Virus record (IMG/VR): IMGVR_UViG_3300047272_000250
Coordinates: 40,394-104,393 of that record
Origin: a virus
Lineage: Duplodnaviria; Caudoviricetes
Reading direction: 5' to 3' (one strand)
DNA length: 64,000 nt
Positions 55,646 to 64,000 of this stretch are shown piece after piece; positions within the stretch are counted from its first letter, which is position 1, and each line of letters opens with the position of its first letter. The translations under genes were made by a program, and so were the position numbers. A model generated the notes under the pieces. It was not told the origin of the DNA, did no database searches, and saw only the letters and a program-made list of their open reading frames with translations.

Positions 55646-55918
55646 TTACCATAACTCATCCAATTCAAATTCCGCCGCTTTCGGCGGCACAGGTGTTCCA
55701 CTTTCGGCTTCACTTTTCCAGCCCATATAAGACTTAATATATACTGCTGTATAGGCTAATGCCATAATAATAAATCCGTACTGATTAGTAGCTAATGCGT
55801 ATGCTATCCAGATAGCTTCATTGATGCATAGTACAAGCCATCCCCAGATAGTCTTTCTTCCTACAAAGAATATACCTGTAACGCCTATAGCGGCAAGTAC
55901 GTATGACCAATATCCCAT
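55646..55918 (-). CDS. Small membrane protein (PnuC-like fragment)
   Basis: Three hydrophobic segments; WGWLV..NEAIWIAY..QYGF. Confidence 0.55.
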   Translation of the reverse strand: MGYWSYVLAAIGVTGIFFVGRKTIWGWLVLCINEAIWIAYALATNQYGFIIMALAYTAVYIKSYMGWKSEAESGTPVPPKAAEFELDELW

Positions 55919-55927
55919 TATTTATCC

Positions 55928-56242
55928 TTAAATTAATCCCCACTCGATTTCTTTTCGAGCAATCTTATTAAGTATATCAGCTTTGATCGATATGTCCATC
56001 AATTCAAATTCCATATACGCTTCTAGCATTTGTTCGGCAGATACATCATCACCGAATGCTATCTGTTCCCCGCCATAACAGCCTACAGAAGTCCATAGAC
56101 GCCAGTCCTTGTGGAAGTTATCAAACTCTAGGTGCAGCATGTTCATGGACCAGCCACAAAGCTCACAGTCTTCATCAGAACCTAAGTCCCACTCGTAATC
56201 TTCGATATGACTGTAATCCATGTTATCCCTATACCCAATCAA
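55928..56242 (-). CDS. Hypothetical protein
   Basis: Co-oriented ORF; CELC. Confidence 0.55.
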   Translation of the reverse strand: MIGYRDNMDYSHIEDYEWDLGSDEDCELCGWSMNMLHLEFDNFHKDWRLWTSVGCYGGEQIAFGDDVSAEQMLEAYMEFELMDISIKADILNKIARKEIEWGLI

Positions 56243-56311
56243 ACTTATCTAAGTAGTCATCTATAGCATCATCAATAGTTCTATTGACGTCTGTTTCTTT
56301 AATGCATGCCA

Positions 56312-56449
56312 TTATCGTGCATTATTGGCTTTTGCGCCTCTATAACCCGTCTTTTTCTTATTCATTGATCCTGGAACTTTTTCCCCTGGCTTTGCTGCAG
56401 CAATTCTCTGCGCCAATGCCTTCTTGATCTTGTCGTGGTGCTTTCCCAT
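56312..56449 (-). CDS. Small basic protein (45 aa)
   Basis: MGKHHDKIKKALAQR...PGSMNKKK; coupled to the groES stop. Confidence 0.55.
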   Translation of the reverse strand: MGKHHDKIKKALAQRIAAAKPGEKVPGSMNKKKTGYRGAKANNAR

Positions 56450-56748
56450 TATTCTCCCCTTACTGCAAGTACGTGCTTGCTATTTACTAGTAAATACTTT
56501 TCCATATTCTTGCCTTCAATCTCGATAGCTGAATGCTCATTAAAGAATACAAAGTCCCCCACATTGATTCCGTGAATCTTGATAACATCTCCAAGGTAGT
56601 TCTGCTCTCCATCTCCCATGGCAATTACTTCTCCGACTGCTGGTCCGCTATCTGATAGCGATGCAGAAAGAACAAGACCAGACTGAGTAGTCTTATCTGT
56701 AACCTTCTCCTGCTTAACTAATAGGTTTGTTCCTAGTGGCTTAATCAT
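56449..56748 (-). CDS. groES: Co-chaperonin GroES
   Basis: MIKPLG..LLVK...TTQSGLVL, GEVIAMGDG, VGDFVFF; GGAGG RBS before 56748. Confidence 0.88.
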   Translation of the reverse strand: MIKPLGTNLLVKQEKVTDKTTQSGLVLSASLSDSGPAVGEVIAMGDGEQNYLGDVIKIHGINVGDFVFFNEHSAIEIEGKNMEKYLLVNSKHVLAVRGE

Positions 56749-56972
56749 TCTTCCTCCATGCTGTAGTAAGTACCCCAGCGTATTGCTGGCTTGTAAAGGG
56801 CATTTGAAACCTTTGCCCACATTGATCCATTTCTTTCATCCCACATGCATTTGGTTAAAGCATGATATGCCATAACCTCACAACGATTACCAATAAATCT
56901 AAGTAGTATATTATTGGTTCTTTCGTGCTTTACCCATGTAATCTTTTTCTTAGCCATTGTTTTCCTCCTCAA
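56745..56972 (-). CDS. Hypothetical protein
   Basis: Between thyX and groES; likely start MAKKK. Confidence 0.55.
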   Translation of the reverse strand: MRRKTMAKKKITWVKHERTNNILLRFIGNRCEVMAYHALTKCMWDERNGSMWAKVSNALYKPAIRWGTYYSMEEE

Positions 56973-57651
56973 AGACCACGCTATATGTGTAAGGAAACTT
57001 ATCTTTTGTTAGCGCCTTTACTGCTTCTGCGTATTCTCTTATCTCGTACTGAGCATCTGATGGCAGTCTTTGACCTAAGAAGTTTAGGATACCGTGTAGT
57101 GATACAGTCCATCTCCATCTTACATACATTCCATATGCTGGAAGGAATAGTCTAGCCTGCTCTGGTGCTATACCAGCTTCCATAGCCTTATCGTATAGTC
57201 CTTTACCCATCTCAGTAATGTCAAACAGTTTATTTGTAAACCACCCGCCAACTTCAGATTCTAGCGGTATACCAGAACCCTGCTTAGAGTTCTCTGGCTT
57301 TGATCGCCATTCTGTGCCCTTTGGTAAATAAAATTCTTCGTTCTCTGTTATGTATCTACGGGATGATTCATTCCACCCGTTCTGATCGTCTAGGTGTGTT
57401 GAGCCAACTGCATGCTTCCACCATTGACGTGCTACAAATAGTGGTGCATATACCTCAAATGTAATTGCTGCGTGTCTGAATGGAGAAGTATGTTCTTCAT
57501 TCCATAAGAACTTAATTAACTTAGCATCTCGCTCTGACATCTCTGCAGACTCTTTATCGTATGATACACGAGCAGCGTTAGCTATGGAAAGATCATTTCC
57601 AAGCGTGTCTACAAGTCTGACATAGCCCTTATCTAAAACATCTATCTTCAT
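56950..57651 (-). CDS. thyX: Flavin-dependent thymidylate synthase
   Basis: AARVSY, HTSPF, NESSRRY, EQARLFLP, AQYEIR. Confidence 0.93.
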   Translation of the reverse strand: MKIDVLDKGYVRLVDTLGNDLSIANAARVSYDKESAEMSERDAKLIKFLWNEEHTSPFRHAAITFEVYAPLFVARQWWKHAVGSTHLDDQNGWNESSRRYITENEEFYLPKGTEWRSKPENSKQGSGIPLESEVGGWFTNKLFDITEMGKGLYDKAMEAGIAPEQARLFLPAYGMYVRWRWTVSLHGILNFLGQRLPSDAQYEIREYAEAVKALTKDKFPYTYSVVFEEENNG

Positions 57652-57696
57652 ATAACTATCTTACACCTATTCTCAAGTAATTTCAATGGAATTTCG

Positions 57697-57767
57697 CAGA
57701 GTCTCTAGGAGTCGAACCTAGGCTTACCGCTTTGGAGACGGTAGTGCTTCCGTAACACTTAGACCCT
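57697..57767 (-). tRNA. tRNA-Trp(CCA)
   Basis: Anticodon arm ACCGT-CTCCAAA-GCGGT; T arm CTAGG-TTCGACT-CCTAG. Confidence 0.88.
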
Positions 57768-57897
57768 AAGTGATTAATAAGTCTACGAGCAGACTAACTT
57801 ATTAATCGTGATATATGAGGATTTACTATCGCCCGTTGTCCTCCAGTTGTCCCCGTCGGGAGTCAGTCTATACACCTGCAACTCAACCTTAATATCG

Positions 57898-57971
57898 TGC
57901 ATCAGGTAGGACTCGAACCTACAACCATTAGTTCCTAAGACTAACGCCTCTACCAGTTGGGCTACTGACGC
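57898..57971 (-). tRNA. tRNA-Leu(UAG) with short variable loop
   Basis: Anticodon arm TTAGT-CTTAGGA-ACTAA; T arm GTAGG-TTCGAGT-CCTAC. Confidence 0.88.
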
Positions 57972-57974
57972 AAT

Positions 57975-58101
57975 GCCAGCCACGGCTTTGGTTCTTAACC
58001 TAAACCACCTGCTGGCTGTTATACCTAGTCACGACCACAGAGCCTGTCCATGAGCCTGAACACCTTCTCAAGATGCAGGTGACGCCTATTCGGTATAACA
58101 G
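57975..58101 (-). ncRNA. Candidate structured RNA within the tRNA cluster
   Basis: 10-bp closing stem CTGTTATACC/GGTATAACAG, nested stems, own -10 TATACT immediately upstream. Confidence 0.5.
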
Positions 58102-58136
58102 ATCTTAGTATAGATTGTTCAGACCTATACTTCGAG

Positions 58137-58207
58137 AGCGGATGATGAGAATCGAACTCACCCCTTCTGCTTGGAAGGCAGAGGCACTACCAATATGCAA
58201 CATCCGC
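58137..58207 (-). tRNA. tRNA-Gly(UCC)
   Basis: GCGGATG/CATCCGC acceptor stem; TCTGC-CTTCCAA-GCAGA. Confidence 0.92.
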
Positions 58208-58208
58208 A

Positions 58209-58430
58209 TTAATCTTTCATATTCATATGATCTTGGATAACCCAACGCTTATACATCTCTTGGTTATCTGACCCACGGTAAACCTGACCTGTCTCCATAT
58301 CAATAAGAATCCATTTATCTGGAACTCTTGTATGAATAGATAGGTCTATAATCTCGTCATGTACCTTGACTTCTTCTCCGTCAAGGAGTTGTCTAGTAGT
58401 CTTCGTCATCGACATCAAATGCATCGCCAA
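58209..58430 (-). CDS. Conserved phage hypothetical protein
   Basis: HTRVPDKWILIDMETGQVYRG. Confidence 0.65.
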   Translation of the reverse strand: MAMHLMSMTKTTRQLLDGEEVKVHDEIIDLSIHTRVPDKWILIDMETGQVYRGSDNQEMYKRWVIQDHMNMKD

Positions 58431-58689
58431 TGTTTTTTAATGACTCGTTAGTCAATATAATTGCATAGACAGCAGCAGCTGTGATGGCAGTAACAATTCC
58501 CCCAAGAACTGCAACTTTCTTCATCTTCATCGAACCTTCTTCCCTCTAACTATGACATCGGATCCATTTTTCCATGCCTGATAGTATCCATCTGACTTTA
58601 CTTTAAGCTCACCAAATAACTTAGCAAGCTTTAGATATCTGTAGGAAATGTAAAGGTTAGCGACGATTAGGTATCCTATAATGAAATTG

Positions 58690-58989
58690 CTACTCATTTG
58701 GTCTTCCTGCATCTTCCCAGAACTTTTCTCGTCCCATTGAATCCGTTTCTTTAATTCTATCAGACTCATAGGATGGTTGTCCATAGCCTTCTGAAAGTAA
58801 ATAATTTGACAAAAGTATTGCTGGAGGAATTGGGTCCTGTGTTGTACCTAAAGCAGCCAGAACTCCTTGAACTAAAGAAGCTAACTCATTTCCATAAATC
58901 TTATAGTGGCATGCCTTAGCAGCCTCTGCAATTATCATTCTTGGCTCAAATGGTGGTGGCAAAGGAATATCTGACATACTTTTATCCAA
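58690..58989 (-). CDS. Hypothetical protein
   Basis: Coupled to the thioredoxin gene. Confidence 0.55.
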   Translation of the reverse strand: MDKSMSDIPLPPPFEPRMIIAEAAKACHYKIYGNELASLVQGVLAALGTTQDPIPPAILLSNYLLSEGYGQPSYESDRIKETDSMGREKFWEDAGRPNE

Positions 58990-59278
58990 ACAGCTTCTTG
59001 ACTGCTACTAGTGGGATAGCCCCAACATTTCTACCAGACTGCTCTGATCCATTATAAGCAATTAAAGTAGGAACGCTTTTAACCTCAAACTCTTGTGCAA
59101 CACCTGGCTCTTCATCAACATCAATCTTAATATACTTAATTGTAGGGTCTTGAGCAATAAGCTCATCAATAACAGGTGCAAGACGCTTGCATGGACCACA
59201 CCATTCAGCAGTAAAATGTACTAATGTCTTGTCGTTTGAGGATAGACTTTGATTAATTTGTTGCTTGGTCAGCTTCAC
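58982..59278 (-). CDS. trxA: Thioredoxin
   Basis: FTAEWCGPCK, VKSVPTL. Confidence 0.93.
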   Translation of the reverse strand: MKLTKQQINQSLSSNDKTLVHFTAEWCGPCKRLAPVIDELIAQDPTIKYIKIDVDEEPGVAQEFEVKSVPTLIAYNGSEQSGRNVGAIPLVAVKKLFG

Positions 59279-59453
59279 TAAGTGCTTTCTCCATCTCTTC
59301 TCTGAATGTGCTTAGCACAAATCCCGCCACCAAGGCGCAGTAGGATAGCTTCTGATCGTGCTCAACAAGATCAAGGTCCTTACCTCCGTATAGCTTTTCA
59401 AAAAGCTTCTGGGCTACCGTTGCTGCAATAACATCTAAATCGTCGTTAGTCAT
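59253..59453 (-). CDS. Hypothetical protein
   Basis: Co-oriented ORF with GGAG RBS. Confidence 0.55.
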   Translation of the reverse strand: MTNDDLDVIAATVAQKLFEKLYGGKDLDLVEHDQKLSYCALVAGFVLSTFREEMEKALSEADQATN

Positions 59454-59609
59454 TCTTACTCCATTTCACTATCTGTTGTAGGTTCTTAATCTTTTCTTCT
59501 AACCTAATATCCATCTCTATCTTTTTTCCTTCATTCATACCCTCATAAACAGAGAGCAATTCTTCAATTGCATTTGTCAGGTTTGACATGTGCTTTAGTA
59601 TGTCTTCTC

Positions 59610-60146
59610 TCATAGCGAATGGTAAATAAACGGTGGCTCGACACCCATTGTGTACTCTGCAGAGGCTGCCAGAGCCTTTAGAAGGCGTGTTTTAGGCGTT
59701 TTGATATGCTTTGTAGAGTGTAGGCTGCCTAAAGCATACTCTGAACCGCTACCGATAGAGAAGTAATTATCTTTGTACTCACCCATTTGGAAGTCGGTGT
59801 CCATGACAAAGATTCGTCCTTGAACACCAATGATTAGGTCAGCAATGTTTGTACTCTTCTCGTCAGATTCTAGAATAAACTTATTCTTATCTAAACAGTT
59901 TTGCACAGCTTCAACAAAGTCAATGCACATGATTCTCTCAAGATCCTTTTTAATCGGACGTGGTGGAATAAGATCATGCTTTAGAATTTGTCCCATTCTA
60001 AAACTGTTAGAGAATCCAATTAGATATTCATCAACAACAAATATCTTTGAATCTTTTCTCTTATGTACACTGTTTGAATCACTAGCAGCTGAATCTGCTG
60101 CCATATGAACTTTGCCGTTTTGGACTAACCCAACAATACAAGTCAT
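59610..60146 (-). CDS. HslV/proteasome-beta-like Ntn protease
   Basis: N-terminal MTCIVG..MAADS, KIF, SIGSGSEYALG. Confidence 0.82.
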   Translation of the reverse strand: MTCIVGLVQNGKVHMAADSAASDSNSVHKRKDSKIFVVDEYLIGFSNSFRMGQILKHDLIPPRPIKKDLERIMCIDFVEAVQNCLDKNKFILESDEKSTNIADLIIGVQGRIFVMDTDFQMGEYKDNYFSIGSGSEYALGSLHSTKHIKTPKTRLLKALAASAEYTMGVEPPFIYHSL

Positions 60147-60245
60147 TTCTGAACCCTTCCTGGTCTCATATAATAATACCCTATTTTTTGGTTCAGGTCA
60201 ACATTCTTGATATAATTGGGTATAACTAAATAGGGAGAGATTATA

Positions 60246-60593
60246 TTGTCAACTGACGCAACAATAACAGGCTTGATAGGCTTAATTGGCATCTTCCTAA
60301 CCTGGGTTTTGGCTAAGCCTAAGCAAAAGGCTGAGGTCACAGGCGTAATTTCAGAAGCTGCTAGCACATCTGTAGATACACTTCTTCGTGTAATGGAAGA
60401 GCTTAAGCTTGCTATGGATGATATCAAGGACACTAATGAGCTCCTAAAGTCCGAAGTTGATAAGCTTGTTGAAGAAAATATTCATCTTCAGGGTCAGATC
60501 AATGAACTTCATATACAAAACGAAAAGCTCTTGGCAGAGAATGTCAAGCTTCGTAAAGAAATCCATAAGATCACTTCTAATCTTTCTAAATAA
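60246..60593 (+). CDS. Membrane-anchored coiled-coil protein
   Basis: N-terminal hydrophobic helix, long heptad repeat; own promoter and GGAG RBS. Confidence 0.65.
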   Translation: MSTDATITGLIGLIGIFLTWVLAKPKQKAEVTGVISEAASTSVDTLLRVMEELKLAMDDIKDTNELLKSEVDKLVEENIHLQGQINELHIQNEKLLAENVKLRKEIHKITSNLSK

Positions 60594-60813
60594 TAATTTC
60601 GTTGGCGGTAATATCTTTACCGTGATATCTACGCTTAAGTATGTAGTCTCTTACCTTCTCGGATCCAAATTGGCGTCCTGCTAGAATAATTGACCAGCGT
60701 GGCTCATACTTTCCTTCAATACAAGCATCACACATAATTAAGTTAATATCGAATAGGTTAGACTTGACTGGTGTCAGTCTATGTTTTTGTTTACCACAAG
60801 AGTAACAAAGCAC
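60586..60813 (-). CDS. Zn-finger hypothetical protein
   Basis: CYSC...CDAC..EPRW. Confidence 0.65.
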   Translation of the reverse strand: MLCYSCGKQKHRLTPVKSNLFDINLIMCDACIEGKYEPRWSIILAGRQFGSEKVRDYILKRRYHGKDITANEIII

Positions 60814-61002
60814 TTAGTTCTCCTCTTCCCAAGGGTCTGGGTATTTAATTTCTTCGACTATATCAAATTCATCGTTCTCAAGATATGTCTCGAAAACTGT
60901 TTTATCTTTTATATATCTTACCATAGATACATGGGCTCCGTATGTGATTACTTCACCATGAACTTCTTCTGAGTGTATCCAGATCTTATCTCCACTGCTC
61001 AT
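60814..61002 (-). CDS. Hypothetical protein
   Basis: Coupled chain. Confidence 0.6.
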   Translation of the reverse strand: MSSGDKIWIHSEEVHGEVITYGAHVSMVRYIKDKTVFETYLENDEFDIVEEIKYPDPWEEEN

Positions 61003-61247
61003 TTCCCCGCCAGCCCTTCTAGGTCACATGGGACACCAAAAGATTCTACGATCTTGCGTAGCATGTTTAGGTATTCCATTATTGATATATGTTGCATATC
61101 GCTAAATTCTGCTATATTCTCCTCGTATACTCTTAAACTAAGCATACCTGGACGTTCTACAACAGAAACTTTTAGGTTCGGGTAAGGTGATTTAATTGAC
61201 TTAATAGCCTGAGCTATCTGAGTACTATATAGTTTTGTAGACACCAA
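60999..61247 (-). CDS. Hypothetical protein
   Basis: Coupled to whiB. Confidence 0.6.
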   Translation of the reverse strand: MVSTKLYSTQIAQAIKSIKSPYPNLKVSVVERPGMLSLRVYEENIAEFSDMQHISIMEYLNMLRKIVESFGVPCDLEGLAGK

Positions 61248-61548
61248 GAGTCTCCAACATTACTCGCCAATCTTCCTGAGATTTATGCATGTTTCTTGAT
61301 CGATCTACTTTTCCATTAGTCAAGTAAATTCCTCCCCATACACCAACCTCGCTACCATCAATACCTGCCTTGTGGCAGTATTTAATTACTGGGCATGATA
61401 AGCACATAGAATCAATTGTCTGTGCATGCACAGCATCTTCTTCATACTTATCAAAGAAATAATCTGTAGGCATACCATTGCAAGCTGCAAGGTCCTGCCA
61501 TCTGAAACTATTTTTATCTAGACCTAGTTTATCTAGTATTTCGGACAC
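61225..61548 (-). CDS. whiB: WhiB-family transcription factor
   Basis: WQDLAAC...FF...CLSCPV..C...GVWGG. Confidence 0.9.
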   Translation of the reverse strand: MSEILDKLGLDKNSFRWQDLAACNGMPTDYFFDKYEEDAVHAQTIDSMCLSCPVIKYCHKAGIDGSEVGVWGGIYLTNGKVDRSRNMHKSQEDWRVMLETLGVYKTI

Positions 61549-61786
61549 TAGAAGGTACCTTCCATAAGCCGCTGTTGTTTACAACAACACGCTTAGCAGT
61601 ACCCCATTGACCTTTATGGAACTTTCCATTTTTCTTAGACCAACCGCTTGGGTTATAAGTCCAGATAATTAAATCGTAGTTATCCCACCATACATTAGGG
61701 GTTTTTGATGCGTAGGATTCAGCCTTTGCTAGATCCATCATTGTGAATTTGAAGTCAGACATTAGTCTCCCTGGACAATTTATCAA
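61529..61786 (-). CDS. Conserved phage hypothetical protein
   Basis: WWDNYD...G.F..GQWG...GLWKVP. Confidence 0.6.
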   Translation of the reverse strand: MINCPGRLMSDFKFTMMDLAKAESYASKTPNVWWDNYDLIIWTYNPSGWSKKNGKFHKGQWGTAKRVVVNNSGLWKVPSSVRNTR

Positions 61787-61949
61787 AGCTAGAGTCCTTC
61801 TCCAGCTTAGCTCTTTCTCGTCTTTCTCTACTTAACATTATGTTGGCAATAACATCAAGCGTTCTGCTAATAACGCTTAACTCAGTTAAGATGCCTTGTA
61901 ATATTTTCTTCATATTAAATATAATGATACCAAAAGTATATAGTACTTG

Positions 61950-62324
61950 TCAAGAGTTTTTATGCTCTAAAACAGGTATATTATTCTTCTGTGCTGTCTC
62001 ACGGATCTTGGCTGTCTTAAAGTCCCGACCCTTATTGAATACAACTAAAATGTTAGGTGACTGGTCCAGGGCTTTTCTGATTCTCTCATCAAAGTCTGAA
62101 CTCTTAGCAGGGATAAATTCAGAGACTTTAAACCCTTTTCCAGATAGGAATGTCTTTGTCTTAGCAAAGTACGATCCAGCTAATTGCTCTGCGCCTTCTC
62201 TATCTAAATGAATAAAGGTAATATCTTTATCTTCTTTATCCATCTCTTGAATGAGAAGTGTAATCATTCTAGCAATGACCATTGGATCATCCCAATCCTG
62301 GGACCCAGTTACCCACAATTTCAT
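61950..62324 (-). CDS. YspA/SLOG-like protein
   Basis: LWVTGSQDW...GAEQLA...VVF...NIPV. Confidence 0.6.
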   Translation of the reverse strand: MKLWVTGSQDWDDPMVIARMITLLIQEMDKEDKDITFIHLDREGAEQLAGSYFAKTKTFLSGKGFKVSEFIPAKSSDFDERIRKALDQSPNILVVFNKGRDFKTAKIRETAQKNNIPVLEHKNS

Positions 62325-62332
62325 GTTATGCC

Positions 62333-63055
62333 TTAAGCAGTTGGTTCTGTAGGTGCAGCAGCTTCTGGTGTCTCTACAGCTGGCGCTGCAACTTCTGCAA
62401 CTGGTTCTGCTGGTGCCTCAGCAACTGGTGCTGGTGCTTCTACTGCAGGCTCTACTGGCGCTGCTGGTGCTTCTGCTACAGGTGCAGGTGTCTCTACTAC
62501 AGGAGCAGGAGTTTCAGCAACTGGTGCTGGAGTCTCTACTACTGGTGCAGGTGTCTCTGCTACTGGAGCTGGTGCTTCTGTAACTACTGGAGCTTCTACT
62601 ACTGGCTCTAGTGGTTCATCAAGCTCTTCTTCTAGATCAAGCGCAACTTCTTCATTAGAAGCTTGTGCCTGCTCTCTTCCTAGTTGTCCTAGGAAAGATC
62701 CATCCCAAATGGAAGTGCTCATCTTACTCATCCTCTTATTCTTAATAGATGCTGCTTTCTGACGAGACCAGGAATATCCTGAGTCTCCACCCCAAAGATC
62801 CCAGGCTACACGCCCAGGGCTTGGGAAACCTTCTTCACCAGAATTAAATCCAGTGGCTTTCTTATCAACTTCGTGTCTAGAGAAGAATGAATACATACGC
62901 ATTACTGTACTCTCGCTAAGAGATTCACCATTCACTATCTGATTTGCACGAGTCAAACCTATTCTTGTTCCTCCACGCTTTCCCTCTTTCTTCCATGCTA
63001 GGGCACGTCGAGCAGCGGACTTCATTCCGCTAGTTGGTGAGTATCCTTCAGCCAA
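62333..63055 (-). CDS. Probable head-associated protein with Pro/Ala/Glu repeat tail
   Basis: RMYSFFSRH...PSPGRVAWDLWGGD domain; APV(A/V)E(T/A)P repeats. Confidence 0.65.
   Translation of the reverse strand: MAEGYSPTSGMKSAARRALAWKKEGKRGGTRIGLTRANQIVNGESLSESTVMRMYSFFSRHEVDKKATGFNSGEEGFPSPGRVAWDLWGGDSGYSWSRQKAASIKNKRMSKMSTSIWDGSFLGQLGREQAQASNEEVALDLEEELDEPLEPVVEAPVVTEAPAPVAETPAPVVETPAPVAETPAPVVETPAPVAEAPAAPVEPAVEAPAPVAEAPAEPVAEVAAPAVETPEAAAPTEPTA
62395..62605 (-). repeat. Degenerate 21-nt coding tandem repeat (APVVETP/APVAETP)
   Basis: Repeated actgg(t/a)gc(t/a)gg... units visible in both DNA and protein. Confidence 0.8.
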
Positions 63056-63191
63056 TTTCTATCTCCTTCTCCAAACGATTTATAGGTGCATGTCCGTAAC
63101 ATAGAAAAAACGGAGTCCCATCCTTGAATGTTGAATATTCAATTAGGTACTCTGTTTTGCCACAGCTTAAGCACTCTTGCATATAATTATA

Positions 63192-63515
63192 TCACTTTTC
63201 TTCAAGTCCGTCTAGGTTATAAAAGCCCATCTCTAACAAGGCCTCTTCCCCCTCTGGACTGATATTAAATATAGCCTCTAGGTTCTCGTTATACTGCATC
63301 TCCACTAGACCCTTTTCATATAGCTCAAGCAATGAAGATTCTAGGTCCTCATGCATAACTTCAAGCATCTCTGGGCAGTATTCCTTCATCTTCTCTGAGT
63401 TTACCTTGAACATGATCTCCCCGTCACTAGCAACCCCGTCGACCTCTAGGGCTCCAACTTCTAGAAGATATTCGAATAACTCATTCTCTTCTTCATTACT
63501 TAGTTCTTCTGACAT
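63192..63515 (-). CDS. Acidic hypothetical protein
   Basis: GAAAGGA RBS; YLLEVGALEVDG...LYEKGLVE. Confidence 0.65.
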   Translation of the reverse strand: MSEELSNEEENELFEYLLEVGALEVDGVASDGEIMFKVNSEKMKEYCPEMLEVMHEDLESSLLELYEKGLVEMQYNENLEAIFNISPEGEEALLEMGFYNLDGLEEK

Positions 63516-63529
63516 GTAAATCCTTTCTG

Positions 63530-63601
63530 CGCCCCCGACTGGAGTCGAACCAGTGGCCTAAACATTAGAAGTGTTCCGCTCTTCCTCTGAGCTACGAAGG
63601 C
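63530..63601 (-). tRNA. tRNA-Arg(UCU)
   Basis: GAACA-CTTCTAA-TGTTT; T arm ACTGG-TTCGACT-CCAGT. Confidence 0.88.
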
Positions 63602-63606
63602 TTAGG

Positions 63607-63891
63607 TTATTCGACAAAGATGTCTACTAGGTTATTAGATCTTAGCCAATCAAATGTGGCCATTAGGTTTTCTCTTGAGTCGCAAGTTTCGCAACCATCA
63701 TATGGTCCGTATGGCTCAAAGCCTTCACGTACGTCTTCTTCGTCATATAAAAACATGGAGCACCCACGCATATGATCTTCAACAAATGTTTCTAGAGCTT
63801 TGGCTTGCTCCGTAGATAACTTAATCTCTTGCATTACTATGCTTTCTCTAGTAGTTATATTAAGTATAAGTATAAAAGAAGGGAAAGTCAA
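63607..63891 (-). CDS. Hypothetical protein (likely start MQEIK)
   Basis: Lies between tRNAs; DGCETC. Confidence 0.6.
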   Translation of the reverse strand: MTFPSFILILNITTRESIVMQEIKLSTEQAKALETFVEDHMRGCSMFLYDEEDVREGFEPYGPYDGCETCDSRENLMATFDWLRSNNLVDIFVE

Positions 63892-63925
63892 GAGCGGTGT
63901 GTGGTGGAACTCTTGACCCTCCCAG

Positions 63926-63998
63926 CGATCTCAAAGGGAAATTGAACCCTTACTTCCACTTCGACAGAGTGGTGTGCGTACCTCTACACTATGAGACC
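63926..63998 (-). tRNA. tRNA-Asp(GUC)
   Basis: GGTCTCA/TGAGATC acceptor stem; CCACT-CTGTCGA-AGTGG; T loop is one base longer than usual. Confidence 0.82.
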
Positions 63999-64000
63999 TT

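Noticed and set aside
57783-57983. 66-aa ORF from the track
   Set aside because: It overlaps tRNA-Leu and a structured element, and has no convincing RBS.
1-64000. Stop-codon reassignment or suppressor tRNA
   Set aside because: Conserved genes are full length in the standard code. The Leu anticodon UAG reads CUA and is not a suppressor.

Overview
A 64-kb segment of a large, low-GC tailed (siphovirus-like) phage. The host is almost certainly an actinobacterium, judging from two WhiB genes, an Lsr2-type RGR protein, many leaderless genes and actinobacterial operator consensus sites. Bases 1-38.6 kb (mostly minus strand) hold the virion module: tape-measure 5' end, frameshifting tail chaperone, major tail protein, neck genes, capsid, protease/scaffold and portal. 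About 22 kb of tail-fibre and appendage genes follow, with an embedded flavin-dependent halogenase, then class II RNR, a glycosyltransferase, lysis genes and Hsp20. Bases 40.2-52.7 kb form an oppositely oriented island of small, probably early genes (GP88-like, DUF932, WhiB, mini-Lsr2, DUF1281-like). Bases 54-64 kb (minus strand) carry ThyX, GroES, thioredoxin, an HslV-like protease, a second WhiB and tRNAs. The standout signal is regulatory. The island contains 14 promoters of the exact form TGTCA(G/C)-N10-TANNNT, the actinobacterial RecA-NDp/PafBC DNA-damage promoter. Its spacers are mosaics of recognisable host transcription-factor sites (CRP, DnaA, LexA, ArgR, WhiA-like) plus unassigned motifs. 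Several candidate structured RNAs were also seen, including one whose loop is complementary to the early-gene Shine-Dalgarno sequence. All calls were made by eye; no database search was run.
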